Source: Gemmatimonadales bacterium (GTDB lineage: Bacteria; Gemmatimonadota; Gemmatimonadetes; Gemmatimonadales; GWC2-71-9). From it: 64,000 nucleotides of DNA. Both the position numbers and the translations under genes were made by a program. Positions within the stretch are counted from its first letter, which is position 1. Every line of letters begins with the position of its first letter. The notes below the pieces were generated by a model. It was not told the origin of the DNA. It searched no databases and saw nothing but the letters and a program-made list of their open reading frames with translations. The stretch is taken from positions 5,981-69,980 of the forward strand of contig DATNMO010000007.1 in NCBI GenBank assembly GCA_035602245.1, written 5' to 3'. This document shows, piece after piece, positions 9,005 through 21,976 of the stretch.

Positions 9005-10485
9005 TGACCGGCTTTGTGGAGGCCGCCCGGCGCGAGAAGCTGAAGGAGCTGGTGGAGCGGGGCGTCGCGCCGTTCGCCTACCGATTCGAGCGGAGCGCCA
9101 CGGCAAAGGACGCGCTCGCCGCGTATCGCAGCGACGAGGACCCGACATCGTACCGGCTGGCGGGGCGGCTCGTGGCGCTGCGCCCGCACGGCAAGACGAC
9201 GTTCGCGCACCTCGAGGATCCCACCGGCAGGATCCAGCTCTACTTCAAACTGGATGACCTGGGGGCGGAGGCGTACGCGCTCGTCGAGCTGCTCGATTTG
9301 GGCGATCACGTCGGCATCGAGGGCCCGCTCTTCAAGACGCGGAGCGGCGAGATCACGATTCGCGTCCAGCGCCTTACGCTGCTCGCCAAGGCGCTGCGCC
9401 CGCTGCCCCTGGGGAAAGAGGACGCAAGCGGCGTCAAGCACGGCGAGCTGTCCGATCCCGAGCTGCGCTACCGGCAGCGCTACGCCGATCTCGCGGTGCA
9501 CCCGGAGGTCCGCGAGGTGTTCCGCCTGCGCACGCGCATCCTCCAGGGCATTCGGGCTTTCCTCGACGCGAAGGGGTATTTGGAGGTGGAGACGCCCGTG
9601 TTGCAGCCGCTCTATGGCGGCGCCACGGCGCGGCCGTTCAAAACCCATTACGACGCGCTGGACGCGACGTTCTATCTGCGGATCGCAGACGAGCTGTACC
9701 TGAAGCGCTGTCTCGTGGGCGGCTTCGAGAAGGTGTACGAGATCGGCCACGATTTTCGCAACGAGGGACTGTCGCGCTTCCACAATCCGGAATTCACGAT
9801 GGCCGAATGGTACCAGGCGTACGCGGACTACAACGACATGGCGGCGTTGACCGAGGATCTCGTCGCGGGACTCGTGCTCGAGCTGTTCGGCACGAGTGTG
9901 CTCGAGCGCCATGGCGCCACGCTCTCGTTCGCCCGGCCGTTCGCGCGGAAGGACTATTACGCGCTCGTGCAGGAGCATGCCGGCGTGGACCTGAGCCGGA
10001 GCGGGGACGCTGAGCTCCGGGCGATCCTCAAACGCCATAACGTTCCCCCCGCCGAGGTAGACGCGCTCCGCGGACCCAAGCTCGTGGACGAAGTCTTCAA
10101 GGCTTGCGTCGAGCCCAAACTCGTGCAGCCGACGTTCGTCTTCGACTATCCGCTGGCGCTGTCGCCGCTGGCGAAGCCCAAGCGCGGCGATGCGACCAAG
10201 GTCGAGCGCTGGGAGCTGTTCGTGCAGCAGCGGGAGCTCGCCAATGCGTTCAGCGAGCTGAACGACCCCGATGAGCAGCGCCGCCGCTTCGAGCAACAGG
10301 CCGTGCTGCGTGCGGCGGGCGACACCGAGGCGCAGCAGGTGGACGAGGATTACCTGCGGGCGCTCGAATACGGCATGCCGCCGGCGGGGGGCGTGGGCAT
10401 GGGCGTGGACCGGCTCACAATGATCCTCGCCGACCAGACGAACATTCGTGACGTGATCCTGTTTCCTATGCTACGGCCCGAATGA
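9004..10485 (+). CDS. lysS: Lysine--tRNA ligase (class II)
   Basis: OB-fold N-domain, HDFRNEG, PPAGGVGMGVDRL motifs. Confidence 0.92.
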   Translation: MTGFVEAARREKLKELVERGVAPFAYRFERSATAKDALAAYRSDEDPTSYRLAGRLVALRPHGKTTFAHLEDPTGRIQLYFKLDDLGAEAYALVELLDLGDHVGIEGPLFKTRSGEITIRVQRLTLLAKALRPLPLGKEDASGVKHGELSDPELRYRQRYADLAVHPEVREVFRLRTRILQGIRAFLDAKGYLEVETPVLQPLYGGATARPFKTHYDALDATFYLRIADELYLKRCLVGGFEKVYEIGHDFRNEGLSRFHNPEFTMAEWYQAYADYNDMAALTEDLVAGLVLELFGTSVLERHGATLSFARPFARKDYYALVQEHAGVDLSRSGDAELRAILKRHNVPPAEVDALRGPKLVDEVFKACVEPKLVQPTFVFDYPLALSPLAKPKRGDATKVERWELFVQQRELANAFSELNDPDEQRRRFEQQAVLRAAGDTEAQQVDEDYLRALEYGMPPAGGVGMGVDRLTMILADQTNIRDVILFPMLRPE

Positions 10486-11816
10486 TGCCGATTCTCCTCG
10501 CCGTCCTGCGCGCCTTGCTCGGGGCAGCTGCGGTCGCCGCCGTCGTGGTGATCGTGACCAACTGGCCCTCCCGCTTCGATCTGCGGATTGCCATGCGCTA
10601 CATGAAGAGCCGCCGCTCCTCGCGCCTCCTGTCGCTGATCACGGTGATCGCGGTCGGCGGCGTGACGATCGGCGTGATGGCCCTCGTGATCGTGCTGGGC
10701 GTCATGAATGGCTTGCAGAACGACCTGCGCGAGAAAATTCTCGTCGTAAACCCGCACTTGCGCGTGCTGACCTACGGCGAGGGACTGCGGCTCGACGACT
10801 GGCGGGACGTCCTCGCCAAGGTGCGGCGCACCAAAGGCGTGGTTGCGGCGGCGCCGTTCGTTCTCACGCAGGGGCTCATCTCGGCGGGGCACGACTACGC
10901 CGAAGGCGTGGCCGTGATCGGCGTCGAGACCGATACGGGCTCGCGTGCGGTGACCAGCTTGCCGCGCCACTTCACGAAGGGCGATCTGTCGTTCCGGACC
11001 ACACAGCCGGGGGTCGACGGCGGCATTGCGATCGGCACACGGCTGGCGAGCAAGCTCTCGGCGTATCCCGGAGACATCGTCACCATGGTCGCGCCGGCCG
11101 GCTCCTCGTTCAACCGTAGCCTCGGTGCGTTCGTCCCCAAATACCGCCGCTACGAGGTGACGGGCCTGTTCGAGACCGGGATGTACGACTACGACAACAG
11201 CTACGTGGTGATGCGCCGCGAGGCGGCGCAAGACTTCGCCGGGCTCGGCGGCGCGGTCACCGGCCTCGAGGTGCGGCTCGTGCAACCGGAGCAGGCCAAC
11301 GCGTTCGCCGCGACGCTGGAAACCCAGCTCGGCTATCCGTACCGGGCGCTCGACTGGCAGCTCCAGAACCGGTCGCTGTTCTCGGCCCTGGAGCTCGAGA
11401 AGCTCGCGATGGGCCTCGTCGTGTTTCTCATATGCATCGTCGCCGCGTTCAACGTCGTGGGCACCCTCACGATGGTCGTGCGGGACAAGACACGCGAGAT
11501 CGGCATCCTGCTGGCGATGGGGATGCCGCGCGGCGCGATCCGCCGCGTCTTCCTCGTCCAGGGTGTCTTCATCGGCCTCGTGGGCACTGTCTTGGGCGCG
11601 GCCCTGGGACTGATCGTCGGCGCGAGCGTGAACCGCGGCCAATTGATCCCGATCGATCCGTCGATCTACTTCATCGATCACCTGCCAGTGCTGACCCAGC
11701 CGCTCGACGCCCTTGCGGTCGTGGCGGCGAGTCTGCTGATCGCCACGCTGGCCCCCCTGTACCCCAGCCTGCAGGCTGGGCGGCTCGATCCGGTCCGGGC
11801 GATCCGCTACGAATGA
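10482..11816 (+). CDS. LolC/LolE-type lipoprotein-release ABC permease (FtsX/MacB fold)
   Basis: N-terminal TM, large periplasmic domain, three C-terminal TMs. ATGA overlaps on both sides. Confidence 0.85.
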   Translation: MMPILLAVLRALLGAAAVAAVVVIVTNWPSRFDLRIAMRYMKSRRSSRLLSLITVIAVGGVTIGVMALVIVLGVMNGLQNDLREKILVVNPHLRVLTYGEGLRLDDWRDVLAKVRRTKGVVAAAPFVLTQGLISAGHDYAEGVAVIGVETDTGSRAVTSLPRHFTKGDLSFRTTQPGVDGGIAIGTRLASKLSAYPGDIVTMVAPAGSSFNRSLGAFVPKYRRYEVTGLFETGMYDYDNSYVVMRREAAQDFAGLGGAVTGLEVRLVQPEQANAFAATLETQLGYPYRALDWQLQNRSLFSALELEKLAMGLVVFLICIVAAFNVVGTLTMVVRDKTREIGILLAMGMPRGAIRRVFLVQGVFIGLVGTVLGAALGLIVGASVNRGQLIPIDPSIYFIDHLPVLTQPLDALAVVAASLLIATLAPLYPSLQAGRLDPVRAIRYE

Positions 11817-12514
11817 ACGCGCTGCTCGTGGCCCGGGGCATCCGCAAGGTGTACGCGGGCGGTGACGGCCAGCCGCTCGAGGTGCTGCGGGGCGTCGATA
11901 TCGAAGTGCGCCGCGGCGAGTTTGTCGCGATCGTGGGGTCCTCGGGGGCGGGCAAGAGTACGCTTCTGCACCTGCTCGGCGCCCTCGATACGGCCAGCGG
12001 CGGCGATATCTGGCTCGACGGCTCCCGCTACGCGGACCTCGATGCGCGCGGCGCGGCTGAGCTCCGGAACCGGAAGTTGGGGTTCGTGTTCCAGTTTCAT
12101 CACCTGCTGCGCGAGTTTTCGGCGCTCGAGAACGTGATGATGCCGCTGCTGATCGGCGGCGCGTCGCCCCGGCAAGCGCGGTCGCGCGCCGAAGAGGTCC
12201 TCTCCGAGGTGGGTTTGGCCGGACGCATGACCCACCGGCCGGCCGAGTTGTCCGGCGGCGAGCAGCAGCGCTGCGCGGTGGCGCGCGCCTTGGTGCACGA
12301 TCCCAACGTCGTGCTCGCGGACGAACCGTCGGGCAACCTCGATCACGCCAACGCCGAACGGCTGCACGAGATGTTCTTCCGCCTGGCGCGCGAGTACGAG
12401 ACGGCGGTCGTGGTGGTCACGCACAACCGCCAGCTCGCCGCCCGGGCGGACCGGGTTCTGTGGCTGGAGGACGGCCGGCTCACCACGGTGAGCTCGGTCG
12501 ACGCGATACCCTGA
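11813..12514 (+). CDS. lolD: Lipoprotein-release ABC ATPase LolD
   Basis: Walker A GSSGAGKST, signature LSGGEQQR, Walker B VVLADEP. Confidence 0.88.
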   Translation: MNALLVARGIRKVYAGGDGQPLEVLRGVDIEVRRGEFVAIVGSSGAGKSTLLHLLGALDTASGGDIWLDGSRYADLDARGAAELRNRKLGFVFQFHHLLREFSALENVMMPLLIGGASPRQARSRAEEVLSEVGLAGRMTHRPAELSGGEQQRCAVARALVHDPNVVLADEPSGNLDHANAERLHEMFFRLAREYETAVVVVTHNRQLAARADRVLWLEDGRLTTVSSVDAIP

Positions 12515-13005
12515 TGCTCTGCGACAACTGCAAAGAACGGGACGCCATCATCAACCTCACCCACGTGGAGCATGATTCCAAGGTGACGCTCCACTTGTGC
12601 GAGCAATGCGCCCAACAAAAGGGCGTCGAGACCGGCGGGGCGGTGCTCAAAACCCCGCTGGGCGGCTTCCTCACGGCGCTGGGGAAGGGCGGCACCGTGC
12701 TGCCGACGCCGAGCGATGGCCTCCGCTGTTCCTCCTGCGGGAGCACGCTGCGGGACTTTCGCGATGCGGGGCGGCTCGGGTGCGACCAATGCTACCTGGC
12801 GTTCGAGCTGCACCTGCGCGACCTGCTGCGCCGCCTCCACGGCTCGAGCCAGCACGTCGGTGAGCGCTACGACGCACCGGGCGAGGCCGCCGCGGATCCC
12901 CGCGGCCGGCTGCTCGACCTCAAAGCGCAGCTGCGGCGAGCGGTAGAGGGGGAGAACTTCGAGCTGGCTGCCGAGTTGCGGGATCGGATCCGGGTGCTGG
13001 AATGA
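12514..13005 (+). CDS. mcsA: McsA-like protein-arginine-kinase activator (zinc fingers + UVR motif)
   Basis: CDNC...CEQC and CSSC...CDQC pairs, C-terminal UVR motif ENFELAAELRDRIRVLE. The architecture is co-linear with Bacillus McsA. Confidence 0.8.
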   Translation: MLCDNCKERDAIINLTHVEHDSKVTLHLCEQCAQQKGVETGGAVLKTPLGGFLTALGKGGTVLPTPSDGLRCSSCGSTLRDFRDAGRLGCDQCYLAFELHLRDLLRRLHGSSQHVGERYDAPGEAAADPRGRLLDLKAQLRRAVEGENFELAAELRDRIRVLE

Positions 13006-14075
13006 TCGACCTATCGCTGTTGCCTGATGGAGGGATGAATTGGCTCGACGCATCGGGGCCCAAATCCACGATCGTCCTGTCCACCCGCATCCGCCTCGCC
13101 CGCAACGTCCGGGGCATCCCGTTCAGCCAGCGCGCCAAGGACGCTGACCGCACGGCGGTGCTGGAACGGATCACGGAAGCAGCCGGCTCTTCCGATCGGT
13201 TGTCCCGGGCGGTCACGTTCCATCTTGACCAGATGGAACGGCCCGACCGGCAGCTGCTGCACGAGCGGCACCTGGTCAGTAAGGAGCTGGCGGGGCTGGA
13301 GCGCGAGTCGCGGCCGCGGCCGGGAGCCGCACTGCTCGTCCAGGATCAGGTCGGCGTGATGGTAAATGAAGAGGACCACTTCCGGATACATGGAATGCGG
13401 TCCGGGTTCGATTTGGAAGACGCGTATGCTGCTGTCGAAGCGGCAGATGCGGACTTAGGGCGCCTCGTTCCTTTCGCGTTTCACCCCGAGTTTGGCTATC
13501 TTACATCCTGCCCCACAAATGCGGGAACGGGACTCCGGGCCAGCGTGCTTATCCATTTGCCGGGGCTTGTTTTGACCAAGGAAATCAACAAGGTTCTCCA
13601 AGGTCTCTCCCAGGTGGGATTAACCTTTCGGGGCCTGTACGGTGAGGGCAGTGAAGTCGTCGGTAACTTCTTCCAGTTGTCCAATCAAACGACCCTGGGG
13701 AAGACCGAAGACGAGTTGATCGACCATCTCGGCAAGATCGTCCGCCAGGTGGTGGAGTACGAGGAGCAGGCACGGGACGTGCTATTAAAGACGGCGCCCG
13801 AAGAAGTCGAGGACAAGACGTGGCGCGCCTATGGTCTGCTCAAGCACGCGCGCCGGCTGTCGTTTGAAGAAACGATGAACCTGTTGAGCGGCGTGCGGTT
13901 GGGCGTCGGGCTGAATCTGCTCTCCGGGCCGGGGGTATATACGCTCAACAAGTTGCTGATCTACACTCAACCCGCGCACCTGGCCGCAATGGATGGCCGG
14001 TCGACCGGCGACCGCGAACTCCCGATGGTGCGCGCTGCGTTTGTGCGGCGCCTCCTCGAAGCAGAACCTCGCTGA
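13002..14075 (+). CDS. mcsB: Protein arginine kinase McsB (ATP:guanido phosphotransferase)
   Basis: Phosphagen-kinase signature CPTNAGTGLRASV, NEEDH, FRGLYGEGS. Confidence 0.88.
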   Translation: MIDLSLLPDGGMNWLDASGPKSTIVLSTRIRLARNVRGIPFSQRAKDADRTAVLERITEAAGSSDRLSRAVTFHLDQMERPDRQLLHERHLVSKELAGLERESRPRPGAALLVQDQVGVMVNEEDHFRIHGMRSGFDLEDAYAAVEAADADLGRLVPFAFHPEFGYLTSCPTNAGTGLRASVLIHLPGLVLTKEINKVLQGLSQVGLTFRGLYGEGSEVVGNFFQLSNQTTLGKTEDELIDHLGKIVRQVVEYEEQARDVLLKTAPEEVEDKTWRAYGLLKHARRLSFEETMNLLSGVRLGVGLNLLSGPGVYTLNKLLIYTQPAHLAAMDGRSTGDRELPMVRAAFVRRLLEAEPR

Positions 14076-14096
14076 ACGGCTGAATATGGAGTCTCG

Positions 14097-16573
<2,477 letters not shown>

Positions 16574-16577
<4 letters not shown>

Positions 16578-18994
16578 TTCGCCGGCTCACCCTTCTATTC
16601 TCGTTGAGTTTCGCCGTACTCGCCCCGCGCCTGTGCGACGCACAGGTGGGAGGCGAGCGCGGCGTTGCGCCGGTAGCGCCCCCCGTGCCGGACTCGATCG
16701 CGGTGGTGGGGCAGCGCCGCAACAGTCCCGCCACGGTCATCCAGGTCAGCGGCCTCCTCGCCGGCCGTCCCCTCAACTACCGCGACATCCAGCGCGCGAT
16801 CCAGGCCCTGTACGCCACCGGCCAGTTCGACGACGTCGCGATCGACCAGACGCAGACGCCGGCCGGCAAGAACGTGCTGGTGATCCGCGTGCGCGAGCGG
16901 CCGCAGCTGGTGAAATGGGCGGTCCGGGGCGTGCAGCGGCTCCCCGAGCGCAGCGTACGGGATAAAGTCACGCTCACGGAAGGGCGCCCCATCGATCCCG
17001 CCGCGGTCGCGCGCGCGCGCGCGCGTATCGATTCGATGTATCGGGCGCAGGGCTTCTACCTCGCCCGCACGCGGCCCCTGTACGTCTACGAGCGCGACTC
17101 GACGGCCGTGCGCGTGGTGTTCGATGTGGAGGAAGGGCGCCGCGTCGCGATCGCCCTCGTGCAGATCGAGGGCAACACGCACTTCACGGCCAAGCAGATC
17201 GTCGGCCAGATGAAGACGCATCCCGAGGGATTCTGGTGGTTCCGGTCCGGCGAGTACGACGAGGACCGGCTGACCGAGGACATGCGCCAGCGGCTCCCCG
17301 CCTTCTACGGCCAGCGGGGTTTCGTCGACTTTCAGGTCCTGGACGATACGCTCCTCGTGCATGAGGTGAGCGGCAAGGCCACGCTGGTCGTGCGCGTGAG
17401 CGAGGGCGAGCCCTATCGGGTGGGGACGTTCGAAATCGTCGGCAACCGGCGCTTCTCCACCGAAGAGCTCGATGCGTTCTATCCGTTCGGCGAGGAGCAG
17501 CGCTCCGGTCCGCTGGGTCTCGGGCGGAAGCGCCGCAGCGCCTACTTCGACGAGCAGCAGTGGCAGGACGCGACCCGCAAGCTGCAGACCCTGTACTACA
17601 ACAACGGCTACATCTACGTCAACGTCCGGCCCGACGTCATCAGGCGCACGGACCCCGACGGGAAGCCGGTCGTGGATCTGCGGTGGGTGATCACCGAAGG
17701 ACAGCCGGCGATCGTGAGCCACGTGGAAATCCGGGGCAACGACGTCACCCACGAGCGCGTGATCCGCGAGGCGATCGTCATCATTCCCGGCGATGTCTTC
17801 CGGCAGGACGCGCTGCTCGCGTCCTACCAGCGCATCTCGAACCTCGGATTCTTCAATCAGCCGCTGCCGTTCCCCGACACGCGCCCGGCGAACGAACAGG
17901 GTGACATCGACGTCATATTCCGCGTCTCCGAGAAGCGCACCGGGAACGTGAACTTCGGCGCTTCAGTGGGCCAGGGAACGGGCGTGGGCGGCTTCCTCGG
18001 GCTCGACGAGCCCAACCTGTTCGGCCAGGGCAAGCGCGGGCGCTTCCAGTGGCAGTTCGGCAAGAACATCAACGATTTCGACGTCTCGTTCACCGATCCG
18101 GCGATCCGCGAGTCCCGCATCTCGGGAACCGTCAGCGTGCACAACACTCGGGTCCGCTACGTGATCGCCGATCTCGGGCGGCTGCGGCGCCGCGGCGCGA
18201 GTGTGCAGTTCGGCTTCCCGGTGCTCGGCGATAACTACTCGCGGCTGTTCCTGTCCTATGGCCTCGATCAGCAGACCTTCTCCGGCTCGTCCACGAACCT
18301 CAGCTTCGCCAACCGCTTCGGATGCAACGACTGCGTCCGCTCGACCGTGGGGGCATCGTTGATGCGCGATACGCGCATCGACCTGCCGTTCCCGACGGCC
18401 GGCACGATGGTGCAGTTTGGCCTGTCGCAGAGCGGCGGCCTCCTGGGCGGGACCGGCAACTTCCAACGGATCGACGCCGAGGGCAAGTTCTACGCGCCGC
18501 TGGGTGGGCTCGGACCGGCCGCCTCATCGTCGGTGAAGTTCGTGCTCGGTCTCTCCACGCGGTCGGGGTTCGTGTTCGGGAATTCGCCGTTCTTCGAGCA
18601 GCTGTTCACGCTGGGGGGCACCCAGTTCTTCATCCCGCTGCGCGGTTACGACGAGGCCTCGATCACGCCATTCGGCTACGATCCCAACGCCAATGCCCGC
18701 GGCGCGAGTCCCAACGCGTTCGGCAAGGCGTTCTTCACGATGACGGGCGAGCTGGGGATGCGCGTCTCCCAGATGCTCTACCTCTCGGCGTTCTTCGACG
18801 CCGGCAACGTGTGGGCCCGGGCCGCGCAATTCGACCCGACCCGCCTGTTCCGCGGCGCGGGAGTCGGGGCTGCCATCATCTCGCCGCTCGGCCCCCTCGG
18901 CATCGACTACGCCTATGGGTTCGACCGGGTCGACGTCAACGGCCGGCCCAATCCAGGCTGGAAACTGCACTTCAAGCTCGGCAACTTCTTCTAA
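16574..18994 (+). CDS. bamA: Outer-membrane protein assembly factor BamA
   Basis: Signal peptide, POTRA repeats, C-terminal Omp85 barrel ending HFKLGNFF. Confidence 0.9.
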
Positions 18995-19028
18995 GCCGGA
19001 ACCACGCCCTTCCCTGGAGCTTCGCGTT

Positions 19029-19568
19029 ATGCAGCGTCTCGTTCTCGTTTCTCTCGCCGCCCTCGCAGCGGCGCCTTGTGTCGCCGTTGGACAAGCGGCG
19101 TCACCGCCGTCGGCACCCGTCAGGATCGCGATCATCAACTCCCGGGAGATCCTGCAGCGGACCCCCGGCTACGCCAGGGCAGAGTCCACGTATCTGAAAG
19201 AGGTGGAGGGATTCCGGACCGAGGTGCAGAAGCTGCAGCAGCAGCTCGACTCCGCCGTCCAGGCGCTCGATCAACAGTCGATCGCCCTGTCGCCCGCGGC
19301 GCGGCAGGCCAAGCAGCGCGAGCTGCAGGCCATGCAACAGCGGATGGAACAGCGCACGACCGAGCTGCAGGACCGCGCGCGGCAGCGCGAGCAGGAGCTG
19401 CTGCAACCGATGCAAACGCGGGTCAACTCGATCATTCAGGGACTCAGAGCCGAGCTGAACTACGCGCTCATTCTCGACGCTGACGCCGCGGGCGGGTTGA
19501 TCGCCGCGGCCGATCCGGCCCTGAACATCACGGCTCGCGTGCTGCAGCGCCTTCAGCAGGCCCAGTAG
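19029..19568 (+). CDS. skp: OmpH/Skp-family periplasmic chaperone
   Basis: Signal peptide MQRLVLVSLAALAAAPCVAVGQ, long Q/E/R-rich coiled coil. Canonical position after bamA. Confidence 0.8.
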   Translation: MQRLVLVSLAALAAAPCVAVGQAASPPSAPVRIAIINSREILQRTPGYARAESTYLKEVEGFRTEVQKLQQQLDSAVQALDQQSIALSPAARQAKQRELQAMQQRMEQRTTELQDRARQREQELLQPMQTRVNSIIQGLRAELNYALILDADAAGGLIAAADPALNITARVLQRLQQAQ

Positions 19569-19590
19569 CCGCGCTGCCCACTGACCCTCC

Positions 19591-20703
19591 GTGAACTCGG
19601 CGGGCACGCGGCCGATCTCCGCGAGTGAGATCGCGGCACTCACCGGCGGACGCCTGGTGGGGCCGGGCACGGTGACGGTCGCCGGGATCGCGCCCCTCGA
19701 GCGGGCCGGTCCCGGCGATCTGTCATTTCTTGCCTCGCCTCGCTATCTCCCGTACTTTCAACGCACTAGCGCTTCGGTGGTGCTCGTCGCCCCGGCCTTC
19801 GACGGGGCCGAGGGCGGCCCCGAAACGCGGATCGTGGTGCCCGAGCCGTATGCGGCGCTGCTGGTCGTGCTCCCGGTGCTCTATCCCCAAGAGGTGTGGG
19901 AGCCGGGCGTGCATCCGACCGCGGTCGTCGGACGGGGCGCCACCTGGCAGGAGCCGGTGGAAATCGGCGCGCATGTGGTGCTGGGCCGGGAAGTACAGCT
20001 TGGCCGCAACGTGCGCATCGGTGCGGGCTGTGTGCTCGGCGACGGCGTCGCGGTCGGTGACGACACGCAGCTGTTCCCGGGCGTCACGGCCTACGCCGGG
20101 ACGGCGCTGGGAAAGCGCGTGATCGTGCACGCCGGCGCGGTGCTGGGGAGCGACGGGTTCGGCTACATCCCCGGCAAGGGCGGGGAAGCGCACCGCAAGA
20201 TTCCGCACGTGGGGCGCTGCCTGATCGGCGACGACGTCGAGATTGGGGCGAACACCTGCGTCGACCGCGGCAGCGTGGACGACACCGTCATCGGCTCGGG
20301 GACGAAGATCGATAATCTCGTCCACATCGCGCACAACGTGCGCCTTGGCGCCCGCTGTTTGTTGATGGCCCAGTCGGGCGTCGCCGGCAGCACCCACGTG
20401 GAGGACGACGTGATCATCGGGGGACAGGCGGGCATTGCAGATCACATCACGATCGGCCGGGGTGCGCGCCTGCTCGTCCAGTCGGGCACGATCGCGGACA
20501 TCCCCGCTGACGCGACCGTGTCGGGGTATCCCGCCCGCTCCCACCGCGAGTATCTGCGCGCCCAGGCAGCCCTGTATCGGCTCGCGAAGATCGTGGACGA
20601 GCTCGAACGCCTGGTGGAACCCGAGCCTGGCGTCGTCCCCGCTCCCTCCCCTCCCGCCGCTCCCTCTATCTCTGCCGCCGTCCCCGACGTCCCCCAGCGC
20701 TAG
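19591..20703 (+). CDS. lpxD: UDP-3-O-acylglucosamine N-acyltransferase LpxD (with Pro-rich C-terminal tail)
   Basis: Hexapeptide left-handed beta-helix repeats and a C-terminal helix, then a 27-aa P/A/S tail. Confidence 0.9.
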   Translation: MNSAGTRPISASEIAALTGGRLVGPGTVTVAGIAPLERAGPGDLSFLASPRYLPYFQRTSASVVLVAPAFDGAEGGPETRIVVPEPYAALLVVLPVLYPQEVWEPGVHPTAVVGRGATWQEPVEIGAHVVLGREVQLGRNVRIGAGCVLGDGVAVGDDTQLFPGVTAYAGTALGKRVIVHAGAVLGSDGFGYIPGKGGEAHRKIPHVGRCLIGDDVEIGANTCVDRGSVDDTVIGSGTKIDNLVHIAHNVRLGARCLLMAQSGVAGSTHVEDDVIIGGQAGIADHITIGRGARLLVQSGTIADIPADATVSGYPARSHREYLRAQAALYRLAKIVDELERLVEPEPGVVPAPSPPAAPSISAAVPDVPQR

Positions 20704-20728
20704 GCGCTCCGTCACGCGCCCCGCGGCC

Positions 20729-21976
20729 GTGAGCGGCGTCGGGCTGCACACCGGCGCCGCGACGGAGGCGACGTTCTTGCCCGCACCCGCGGGCCAGGGC
20801 ATCGTGTTTCGGCGGATGGATCTCCCCGGCAGGCCGGAGGTGCCCGCTCGCCTCACGGAGGTCGAGGCGGTTGAACGCCGCACGGCGATCGGCCGGGGCG
20901 AGGCGACGATTCACACGGTCGAGCACGTGCTCGCGGCGGTGGCCGCGCATGTGATCGACGACCTGACGATCGAGCTCACGGGGCCCGAACCGCCGATCCT
21001 CGACGGCAGCGTCCAGCCGTACTTCGACGCGTTGACCAAGGCGGAGCCGGCTGCCGTGGGTGGCGAGGCGGCGGTGCTGACGGTGCAGGCGCCGTTCACC
21101 GTCACCGACAAGGACGCCGGCTATGTCGTCGCGCCTGCCAAAGCGTTTCGGCTCACAGTCTCGATCGAGTGGGCGCATCCGCTCATCGGCCGCCAGACGG
21201 GCAACTACGACGTGACACCCGAGAGCTTCGCCGCGGAGCTGGCGCCCGCCCGGACGTTCGGATTCACGCACGAGGTGGCCGATCTCCAGGCCAAGGGGCT
21301 GATCAAGGGAGCGTCCGCGGCGAATGCGATCGTGCTCGACGAGCGCGGCATCGTGCACGGCGGGAAGCTGCGCTGGCCGGACGAGTTCGTGCGGCACAAG
21401 GCGGCGGATATCGTGGGCGACCTGGCGCTGACCGGCGCGCGGATTCAAGCGCACGTGGTGGCGACGCGGCCGAGCCACGGCGGGAACATCGCACTCGCGC
21501 GGGCACTCGCCCGCGCAGGGAGGCGCACGGGAATGCCGGCCATGGACATCAGCAAGATCATGGACTATCTGCCGCACCGATATCCGTTCCTGCTCGTGGA
21601 TCGGATCATCGAGATCGAGGGGCAGAAACGGATCGTGGGCATCAAGAACGTCACGATCAACGAGCCGTTCTTCCAGGGGCACTTCCCCGGGCATCCCATC
21701 ATGCCGGGCGTGCTGATCATCGAGGCGATGGCCCAGGTCGGCGGCATGCTCCTGATGAGCCACTTTGAGGGCCAGGAAATCGCGGACAAGGTCGTCTACT
21801 TCATGTCGCTCGACCACGTGAAGTTCCGCCGCCCCGTGGTCCCGGGCGATCAGATCCGCTTCGAGCTGGAAATGGTGCAGTTCCGGGGCAAAACGTGCCG
21901 CATGAAGGGCGCAGGCTACGTCGACGGGCAGGTCGTGGCCGAGGCGGAGATGATGGCGATGGTCGTGGATAAATGA
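20729..21976 (+). CDS. lpxC: Bifunctional LpxC deacetylase / FabZ dehydratase fusion (5' boundary unresolved)
   Basis: GVGLHTG...HTVEHVLAA...[13 protein letters not shown] (LpxC), then [11 protein letters not shown]...[16 protein letters not shown] (FabZ) in one ORF. Conserved N-terminal residues [10 protein letters not shown] lie upstream of the first canonical start (GTG 20729). Confidence 0.8.
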   Translation: MSGVGLHTGAATEATFLPAPAGQGIVFRRMDLPGRPEVPARLTEVEAVERRTAIGRGEATIHTVEHVLAAVAAHVIDDLTIELTGPEPPILDGSVQPYFDALTKAEPAAVGGEAAVLTVQAPFTVTDKDAGYVVAPAKAFRLTVSIEWAHPLIGRQTGNYDVTPESFAAELAPARTFGFTHEVADLQAKGLIKGASAANAIVLDERGIVHGGKLRWPDEFVRHKAADIVGDLALTGARIQAHVVATRPSHGGNIALARALARAGRRTGMPAMDISKIMDYLPHRYPFLLVDRIIEIEGQKRIVGIKNVTINEPFFQGHFPGHPIMPGVLIIEAMAQVGGMLLMSHFEGQEIADKVVYFMSLDHVKFRRPVVPGDQIRFELEMVQFRGKTCRMKGAGYVDGQVVAEAEMMAMVVDK

